Shown here: piece after piece, positions 42,590 to 49,399 of the stretch
How the letters are laid out: each line of letters opens with the position of its first letter
Numbering within the stretch: the stretch's first letter is position 1
IMG/VR virus record: IMGVR_UViG_3300045988_159115
DNA from: a virus
Reading direction: 5' to 3' (one strand)
DNA length: 64,000 nucleotides
Translations under genes and position numbers: made by a program
Notes under the pieces: model-generated
What the model saw: only the letters and a program-made list of their open reading frames with translations
Told to the model about the DNA's origin: nothing
The model's database searches: none

Positions 42590-43513
42590 ATGATGAAATC
42601 TATGATTAAGAAACTTAACGATAGATTTTCCATGAATGACAAGGTCGACATTGGCAATGACCATCACCATCGGAATACCCTGTGGGCTCGTACCCAGATC
42701 ATTGGTGGCTACGGCCTCCATAAGAATCCTGAGACTGGTCTTTCTGAACTTGATGAGGTCGTGTTCGAGACTGAGAACATGGTTCCTATTGGCGGCGTCC
42801 AGTTTGCTATGGAGCAGATCTTTGGTGTGAAGGGCCCTCTTGAGGTTCCTTCTCTGAATAAGGATCTTGGCATTGCAACAGGCGCTACTGTGAAGCCGAC
42901 TGCCCCCAACCCTCATGCATATGGTACGAAGGTTTGCCTGTTCGGTATTGGCGTCAGTGGTTCTGCTGAGAACAACCTGACTGCTAAGGAAGTTAAGTAC
43001 CGTGACAGTGCTGTTGACGGTATGGTTCCATTCCGTTATACCAATGAGACTCTGTCAACTGATGATCAGAAGCGTTACTTTGGTAAGGTGAAGAAGACCG
43101 ATACAAACACCACCGCTTACTATCTGAAGCGTTTCGATGGCGAACCTGTCATCAAGCACTTCTATGACGATTCCACTGAGGATGGCGTGGATGGTTCTGA
43201 GGTCAAGAGCGATATCTTTACCAAGGATTATGGTAAGGGCGTTCAGACTCTGACTGAGATGAACCTGATCATCTCCAAGAAGGACATCAAGGAGTGGTTC
43301 ACTGCTCAGGGTAACGTTGAGGAGAGCCGTGTGAACTCCATTGCTCTGTATTCTGCCGTCTATGACGCGAATGCAAAGCTGAACCCTGCAGATACGAATG
43401 AGACTATGGGTGACTATACTGACATCCATCTGTTCTCTAAGCTGAACATCCCCACTGAGCCTATGAGCCTCACAAAGGATATGCACATCATTTATCGCGT
43501 TTACGGTTCTTAA
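42590..43513 (+). CDS. hypothetical, probably highly expressed protein (about 303-307 aa; start 42590, 42593 or 42602)
   Basis: Codon usage is C/G-ending and a strong terminator follows. No motif recognised. Confidence 0.7.
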   Translation: MMKSMIKKLNDRFSMNDKVDIGNDHHHRNTLWARTQIIGGYGLHKNPETGLSELDEVVFETENMVPIGGVQFAMEQIFGVKGPLEVPSLNKDLGIATGATVKPTAPNPHAYGTKVCLFGIGVSGSAENNLTAKEVKYRDSAVDGMVPFRYTNETLSTDDQKRYFGKVKKTDTNTTAYYLKRFDGEPVIKHFYDDSTEDGVDGSEVKSDIFTKDYGKGVQTLTEMNLIISKKDIKEWFTAQGNVEESRVNSIALYSAVYDANAKLNPADTNETMGDYTDIHLFSKLNIPTEPMSLTKDMHIIYRVYGS

Positions 43514-43551
43514 AATCAAACAGATATTTGATGCCTGTAAGCTGAAACTAG

Positions 43552-43597
43552 CCGCATGAATAAAATGACATTGCGTCAATTATTCATGCGGTTTTTT
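43552..43597 (+). terminator. intrinsic terminator
   Basis: Stem ccgcatgaataa/ttattcatgcgg followed by TTTTTT. Confidence 0.85.
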
Positions 43598-43601
43598 GTT
43601 T

Positions 43602-43611
43602 ATATATTATA
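43602..43611 (+). promoter_or_regulatory. ATATATTATA promoter-like motif (P10)
   Basis: The sequence is GTTTATATATTATACTTAAG, 68 nt upstream of ATG 43679. Confidence 0.45.
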
Positions 43612-43678
43612 CTTAAGTACGAAAGCTGAAACCATTAGTTATTCGTGCAAAAAAATATTTTTTTAGGAGGCATGATTT

Positions 43679-44824
43679 ATGCTAAGTATTTCTGTAGTGG
43701 GTATCGGTAACTGCGGTTCGCAAATCGCTGCGTTGGCTATGAAGAAGCTAAACGTACCTGTGATTGCGATCAACAGCAGTGAAAGAGATATCCAGACCCT
43801 GCCGGAAGACGTTCCGGTTTACTTGATGGGTGACGCCAAGGGCGCTGGCAAGCAGCGTATCATGGCAAAGCAGATGCTCAAGAAGTCCGTTATGGACATC
43901 CTTGAGAATCCGAAACTGAAGGACGTCTTCGCAAGTGACATCCTGTTTGTGGTGTCTTCTACTGGTGGCGGTACCGGTTCTGGTACTGCGATCCTGATGA
44001 CCAATATCATTCGTGAGGTCTACACGAAGGGTACTGTCGTCACGGTTGGCGTGCTTCCTACGCTCAAGGAAGCTCTGTCGACTCAGTTGAACAGCGTTGA
44101 GTATCTGAAGGAGCTGTATGGCACCATGACGGATACTACATATATGCTGTATGATAATGATCGTTGTTCGAAGAGTGCGATCGCCATGATGGATTCTGTG
44201 AACGAGCAGGTCGTCAACGATATGGATGTCATCCGCGGAACCTATCAGATTCCGACTCGTTACGCATCCATCGACGAGAGAGACATGCTCAACATCATCG
44301 GTACTCCTGGCCGTCTTGTTGTTGCTGGCGTTCGGGATATCGCAAAGCGTCGTGACGCAGATAACATCGACATCGAGGATGCTCTGATTGATGCTCTGCG
44401 TACCGCTCCGATTGCAGATCTCGAGAAGGATGGCGTGATTGCACGTACTGGTGTGATCAGTGCGCTGTCTTCTGATCTGAACGATCGGTTTGATACCCAT
44501 ATCCCGAAGGTTCTGAATGTCGTTGGTACTCCTGTCGAGGAGTTTGAGCATGTGGCGGTCAATACTGATCGTCATCTTCCGTCCAACGTCTTCATCGTGT
44601 GCTCTGGCATGAGCCAAGCAAACGATCGTCTTCGTAAGATCAATGATCGAATCGAAGAGATCAATTCTTTGCAGGAGAAGGCAAAGGCTGACGATTCTAT
44701 CATCTCCGAGATTGATGTTTCGAAGCTGAGCCAGAAGGTGAGCCACACCCGTACTCCTGCAAAGGAAAAGGAAGCAGGTACAGATTTCGACCTGAAGAGC
44801 ATCTTCTCGAAGTTCGGCATCTAA
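43679..44824 (+). CDS. tubulin/FtsZ-superfamily GTPase (phage tubulin, PhuZ/TubZ-like), 381 aa
   Basis: There is an N-terminal GIGNCGSQIA (compare tubulin GQCGNQIG), an exact tubulin signature GGGTGSG (nt 43964-43984), a T7-loop-like MLYDNDRC (compare tubulin VDNEA), and an extended C-terminal tail ending TDFDLKSIFSKFGI. Confidence 0.85.
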   Translation: MLSISVVGIGNCGSQIAALAMKKLNVPVIAINSSERDIQTLPEDVPVYLMGDAKGAGKQRIMAKQMLKKSVMDILENPKLKDVFASDILFVVSSTGGGTGSGTAILMTNIIREVYTKGTVVTVGVLPTLKEALSTQLNSVEYLKELYGTMTDTTYMLYDNDRCSKSAIAMMDSVNEQVVNDMDVIRGTYQIPTRYASIDERDMLNIIGTPGRLVVAGVRDIAKRRDADNIDIEDALIDALRTAPIADLEKDGVIARTGVISALSSDLNDRFDTHIPKVLNVVGTPVEEFEHVAVNTDRHLPSNVFIVCSGMSQANDRLRKINDRIEEINSLQEKAKADDSIISEIDVSKLSQKVSHTRTPAKEKEAGTDFDLKSIFSKFGI

Positions 44825-44837
44825 GTAAGGTTTCATA

Positions 44838-44898
44838 AGAGGGGAATAGTATTTTACCGAGGTGGTTACACTAAGGTAATTTTGGCTATCCCCTCTTT
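44838..44898 (+). terminator. long-loop hairpin after the tubulin gene (attenuator or weak terminator)
   Basis: Stem agaggggaatag/ctatcccctct with a loop of about 36 nt, followed by TTT. Confidence 0.35.
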
Positions 44899-44931
44899 AT
44901 GGGATAAATAAATTCAAGGAGGACTCATTAT

Positions 44932-45918
44932 ATGAGTAAGGACAACAACAAAAAACGGGAATTTAAGATTCCTAAGGAAGTCAAGAATTTCCTCATGCCG
45001 TTCAAGAAGTGGCGTAAGGACAATGACTTTTACGAGAGCAAGAAGGATGCTCGTAAGGCCTATTACACCGAGAAGCTCGAGTGGATGGGCGAGAGTGTGA
45101 TTCCTCTGCTCGTCAGTTATGGCTATCGTCAGGAAGTGATTGAGATCAAGAACGACCTCTACGAAGGGTTGTCTGATCCCGAGTTCGTGAAGGCCTGCAC
45201 AAAGGCTGTCAAGAAGGGCGATGGTTTTGAGAACCAGTCCCTGTATGCAGTCCTGGTCCAGGACATGGCTGAGGCGCTGGCAAAGCAGGCTCGCGTTGAG
45301 TCTGCTAAGACTGGTGAGACCATCGTTACGGATATCGACGATATGGTTGAGCTGTCCAAGCTGGTTCTGGCAAAGAAGATCAAGAAGGCAAAGAAGGCCG
45401 GGATTGATGAAGCCACTGCATTCAGTGTGCTGAGCATCCTGCCGGATACTTCCATTCTGGATATCCGCAACGACAACCGCTGTAATAAGAAGTTCTACTT
45501 CTACAGAAAGCTTATCAATTGCCTGTATACTCTGGCAAAGGATAAGCCTCTGTGTGCACCGGTTGGTGAGATCATCGAATTCGTCTTCCGTAAGGGCGAC
45601 GACTTCATCCCCAGTTTCATCGTGTGTGCGATGCTGGAGCGTAAGGAGCGTTACAACAGCCTCAACAAGACTCAGCAGGAGGTCTATGACCAGCTGACTA
45701 CTTGGGCTTTTGGTAAGCTCGAGAGTTACGATAAGGAAACCATCACTGCCGCCCTGCGTCTGTATTACAACTGGCGCAAGGACGACGCAGCAAACAACCG
45801 TGATTCTCAGCGCCGATACTATGTGAGCAGCCTGCCGGAGAATGAATATCCGAAGACTGTCGCATGCATGAACAAGATCATCGCAAGCGGCGATGAGCAC
45901 ACCAAGGACTTTTTCTAA
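44932..45918 (+). CDS. hypothetical protein (328 aa), tubulin-operon partner 1
   Basis: SD is AAGGAGG. The N-terminus is Lys-rich (MSKDNNKKREFKIPKEVKNF...). Codon usage is C/G-ending, as in the tubulin gene. Confidence 0.75.
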   Translation: MSKDNNKKREFKIPKEVKNFLMPFKKWRKDNDFYESKKDARKAYYTEKLEWMGESVIPLLVSYGYRQEVIEIKNDLYEGLSDPEFVKACTKAVKKGDGFENQSLYAVLVQDMAEALAKQARVESAKTGETIVTDIDDMVELSKLVLAKKIKKAKKAGIDEATAFSVLSILPDTSILDIRNDNRCNKKFYFYRKLINCLYTLAKDKPLCAPVGEIIEFVFRKGDDFIPSFIVCAMLERKERYNSLNKTQQEVYDQLTTWAFGKLESYDKETITAALRLYYNWRKDDAANNRDSQRRYYVSSLPENEYPKTVACMNKIIASGDEHTKDFF

Positions 45919-45936
45919 TAAAGGAGAGCAAGAATA

Positions 45937-46521
45937 ATGGGCAAGCATAATAATCGTTATGATAAGCGTAAGGGTGTTTCCGAGAAGGTGAGCACCAAGC
46001 TGTCCAAGCGTCTGGACGAGAAGAGCATGAGCGAGACGTTGAGCGTCAGCTGCATGAAGAATCCCGTTGAGTATGCTTCTAAGCATGCCAACAAGAAGCT
46101 TCGTCTGAAGGGTATCAGCAAGGCTGAGAAGAAGCTGCTGACCTGTGGCTGTGAGCACGTCATCATCAACAAGAAGGGTCGGCGCAAGGCTGCTCTGCGC
46201 CCTGCTGAGAAGGGCATGATGCAGTGCCGTCTGTGCGGCAAGATCATTTCTCCCACCATTCCCACCGAGGAGGATCTGGATAAGATCTGGGAGGCTTCCG
46301 ATGCAGTCGACAATCAGGTTCGTCTGATGGTCGGTATGCTGGATCTCGGCGCAAACGTCGATCGTGCAACCTATGCGTTCGCATGGCGTCAGAAGATGTG
46401 GCGTAAGTTCGAGGCCAAGATCATCAAGCTGGGTGCCAAGAATCAGGTGATCCAGGACAAGAAGCACGGCAAGGGCAACAACGACAACGATGGCTCCGGT
46501 GTTGCTGGCGAGTGGTATTGA
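45937..46521 (+). CDS. hypothetical zinc-ribbon protein (194 aa), tubulin-operon partner 2
   Basis: SD is AAAGGAG. The N-terminus is basic, there is a TCGCEH...(about 30 aa)...QCRLCGK motif, and the tail is Gly/Asn-rich. Confidence 0.75.
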   Translation: MGKHNNRYDKRKGVSEKVSTKLSKRLDEKSMSETLSVSCMKNPVEYASKHANKKLRLKGISKAEKKLLTCGCEHVIINKKGRRKAALRPAEKGMMQCRLCGKIISPTIPTEEDLDKIWEASDAVDNQVRLMVGMLDLGANVDRATYAFAWRQKMWRKFEAKIIKLGAKNQVIQDKKHGKGNNDNDGSGVAGEWY

Positions 46522-46615
46522 TCTACAGAGAAAGATAAGCTTAGCTACCTTATCTCAAAACGTGCTACAATCGCGTCAAAATTGAAGCACTGTGTTTAAC
46601 TGTAGTTAAATGAGA

Positions 46616-46667
46616 AGAATCCAATGTGATTTGTGTAATAGCAAATTCACATTGGATTCTTTTTTTC
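46616..46667 (+). terminator. intrinsic terminator closing the tubulin operon
   Basis: Stem agaatccaatgtgatttg/caaattcacattggattct followed by TTTTTTT. Confidence 0.85.
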
Positions 46668-46746
46668 GTGCTAGGAAGTCTATGATCCGAAAGGGATTTA
46701 ATCTCATAAATTGGGAAACTTTCCATTAATCCGTATAGGACTACGC

Positions 46747-46773
46747 ATGAAAAACGAAAGGACGATATGAATG
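46747..46773 (+). promoter_or_regulatory. conserved leader / 7-codon uORF MKNERTI, with TGA abutting the topoisomerase B start
   Basis: The sequence ATGAAAAACGAAAGGACGATATGAATGG is 27/28 identical to 49373-49400. The uORF stop at 46768-46770 is immediately followed by ATG 46771. Confidence 0.55.
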
Positions 46774-49194
46774 GCCCAATTTAAAGACGATAAGATGGAA
46801 TACATCGAATCGGATATTGAAAAGATCCAAATGAAAACCGGCATGTATATCTCTTATGTCGGTCGTAAAGGTGCACTGCATCTGGCAAAAGAAGTAATTC
46901 AAAATGCTATTGATGAATGTGCAAACCCCAAAAGTCCTGCTAAGAATATTCAGGTAACTCTTGACGTTTTGGATGGTTCTCTGATTGTCGAAGACGATGG
47001 TCGTGGCATTCCGGAGACTCAGGAGATCCCGATGGATATTCTGTGTACAAAACTGAATTCCGGTAGTAAGTTTACCCGTGAACAGGGTGGCGCTTCTTCC
47101 GGTGAAAACGGTGTCGGTCTGACTGCTACAAACGCACTGTCTGCCATGTTCCGTTGGGAATCTTACCGCGATGGAAATTGCCACCACATCGAGTTTGAGA
47201 ATGGTGTGAAGATTGCAGACGAGCATAAGAAGTCTAGCAAGAAGCATGGTTGTATTCTCAAATTCATTCCCTCTACGAAGTACCTCGGTAAATCAGCAGT
47301 CATCAATAAAGATGACCTGAAAGAATGGCTGGATGGTATTTCGTATTTCATCCCTTCTGATTGCAAGATCGTTTATACGGTCGAGAAGGGTATGGATAAA
47401 GTTATCTCCAGCACCAAGTATAAGTCTGGCAATATGAGTGATCTTCTGAAATCTCATCTGACAGATTCTGTCTTGGTAAAGCCGAAAGATTTCCACGGTG
47501 AAACCAAACTCGATGAGGATTACCGTGGAGAAAAGACGATTAAGAGAAGCCTGTCTCTTCAGTTTGCATTTGCATACACGACTTCTCTTGAGCCTTGGGT
47601 AGATTCTTTCTGTAACTACGTGAATACCACTTCTGGTGGCGTTCATCTGAATGCAGTCAGAGAAGCTATCTGGCGATTCTTTATGAAGAAGACAAATGAA
47701 GCTCTGAGTGAGAGAGAGAAGAATAAGTATTCTGTGTTAAAGGTTGATATTGAATCCGGTATGAATCTGGTTGTCAATATCTTCACCGATGCTCAGATGC
47801 AATTCGTTGGTCAGACCAAGAACGAGATCTCCAACGACATGCTCTTCGCTCCGATTAAGCAGCTCGCTTCCGATGCGATGGATGGATACTATTCCAAGCC
47901 GGAGAATAAGGACGAGCTGAATGCGATCGTGAAGGTTATTAAGACGAACTGCAAAGCTCGTGTTGATGCTTCCAAGATCCGTGAGCAGACGATCAAGGAG
48001 ACCGTCAATAAGTTTGACAAGCACAAGATTCCGAACTTCACTCCTTGCAATAACGATGGCAAGGCTTACAAAGAGCTTCACATCTGTGAGGGACGCTCGG
48101 CAGCTGGCTCTCTGGTTAACGGTCGTGATCCTGACACTCAGGCATTCTTCAGTTTCCGTGGCGTCACTGCGAACGGTTTTAAGCGTGACGCATCTACCAT
48201 CCTTGCCAACAAGGAATGGTATACCTACGTCAAGCTTCTGAAGACAAACTTTGGCCCGAAGTTTAACCTTGCCAATTGCTATTATGACAAGATTATCATC
48301 GAGACAGACTCCGATGTCGACGGCTATAATATCTCTTCTGGTATCGGTGCGTTCCATGCACTGTATATGCCGGAACTGGTTAAAGCCGGTAAGCTGTACA
48401 AAGCAATCGCTCCTCTGTACCATATCGACGATAAGAAGACTCCGTTTGTCCGTTCTAAGAACGAGTACATCGAAGCATATCAGGATAAGGTGCTGAAGAA
48501 CTATAAGGTCGCTCTTGATTCTTATGGTAAGGACTATCTGAAGAGTTCTGTCTTTAAGAAGTTCATCTATGATACGGAATTCTATCCTGATGAGCTGACT
48601 CGTGTCTCCAACCACTTCGGTGTCAATAAGTTCCTCATTGAGCGTATCGCCGCATACTTCGTTATCGGTGGTTATATGACGTCGGACATTCCCACTCTCT
48701 TTGGTAATCGGAAGTTCCTTCTGAAGTTCACCGAGATGCTCCAGTTGAAGTTCCCTGAGCTGAAAGTAACCGATAAGGGTTCTATCACTGGCATCATTGA
48801 TGGTAAGTTCCAGTCGATCAAGATTACCGATCGCTTCATCAAGAAGATCGAGGACCTCGCTCCTATCTACTCTGAGTATGGTTATATGATGAGAGTTTGT
48901 GAGAAGGATGGTCCTGAGATTCCGATGAGCATTGGTGAGTTCCTCGATTCTGCCAATAAGTACAAGGCGAAGATTCTGTCTCGCTTTAAAGGACTTGGCG
49001 AAGCAAACGGTAAGGAACTGTGGCAGACTACCCTTGACCCGAACAACCGTATTCTGATTCAGTTGACTATGGATGATGTTGAGAAGGATCTGAAGATCTT
49101 TGCAAAGCTCCATGGTACAACGGAAGAAGATCTGAGAGCACGTAAGGAAATGATGGCTGCTTACCGCATCAAGAGAGATGATCTGGATAACTAA
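46771..49194 (+). CDS. type IIA DNA topoisomerase, ATPase/Toprim subunit (GyrB/ParE/T4 gp39-like), 807 aa
   Basis: Motifs present are EVIQNAIDE, EDDGRGIP, GENGVGLTATNALS, Toprim ICEGRSAAGS and ETDSDVDGYNI, and RFKGLGEANGKELWQTTLDP. Confidence 0.92.
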   Translation: MAQFKDDKMEYIESDIEKIQMKTGMYISYVGRKGALHLAKEVIQNAIDECANPKSPAKNIQVTLDVLDGSLIVEDDGRGIPETQEIPMDILCTKLNSGSKFTREQGGASSGENGVGLTATNALSAMFRWESYRDGNCHHIEFENGVKIADEHKKSSKKHGCILKFIPSTKYLGKSAVINKDDLKEWLDGISYFIPSDCKIVYTVEKGMDKVISSTKYKSGNMSDLLKSHLTDSVLVKPKDFHGETKLDEDYRGEKTIKRSLSLQFAFAYTTSLEPWVDSFCNYVNTTSGGVHLNAVREAIWRFFMKKTNEALSEREKNKYSVLKVDIESGMNLVVNIFTDAQMQFVGQTKNEISNDMLFAPIKQLASDAMDGYYSKPENKDELNAIVKVIKTNCKARVDASKIREQTIKETVNKFDKHKIPNFTPCNNDGKAYKELHICEGRSAAGSLVNGRDPDTQAFFSFRGVTANGFKRDASTILANKEWYTYVKLLKTNFGPKFNLANCYYDKIIIETDSDVDGYNISSGIGAFHALYMPELVKAGKLYKAIAPLYHIDDKKTPFVRSKNEYIEAYQDKVLKNYKVALDSYGKDYLKSSVFKKFIYDTEFYPDELTRVSNHFGVNKFLIERIAAYFVIGGYMTSDIPTLFGNRKFLLKFTEMLQLKFPELKVTDKGSITGIIDGKFQSIKITDRFIKKIEDLAPIYSEYGYMMRVCEKDGPEIPMSIGEFLDSANKYKAKILSRFKGLGEANGKELWQTTLDPNNRILIQLTMDDVEKDLKIFAKLHGTTEEDLRARKEMMAAYRIKRDDLDN

Positions 49195-49256
49195 CAGAAA
49201 AGTAATCCGCGATGGGTTATTGGTTTCCATAATTCAAACTCTCTTTAAAATATAAA

Positions 49257-49305
49257 ATAAGACGTAGACAGTGAGCTCGTGTAACTACACTGTCTACGTC
49301 TTATT
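49257..49305 (+). terminator. hairpin terminator
   Basis: 18-bp stem aataagacgtagacagtg/cactgtctacgtcttatt. The T-run is weak. Confidence 0.65.
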
Positions 49306-49372
49306 CCTTGTATTTCCATTGTCTGGAAAACGTATATATAGGAGTGATCCTTATGTAAACTGAGATTACATC

Positions 49373-49399
49373 ATGAAAAACGAAAGGACGACATGAATG
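49373..49399 (+). promoter_or_regulatory. conserved leader / 7-codon uORF MKNERTT, with TGA abutting the topoisomerase A start
   Basis: The sequence is ATGAAAAACGAAAGGACGACATGAATGG. The uORF stop at 49394-49396 is immediately followed by ATG 49397. Upstream there is an SD (AGGAG, 49340-49344) followed by a start-stop ATGTAA (49353-49358). Confidence 0.55.

Noticed and set aside
42590-43513. The gene next to the tubulin might be a chimallin-like phage-nucleus shell protein or a TubR-like centromere binder.
   Set aside because: At 307 aa its size fits neither chimallin (about 600 aa) nor TubR (about 100 aa, wHTH). A strong terminator separates it from the tubulin operon, and I see no supporting motif.
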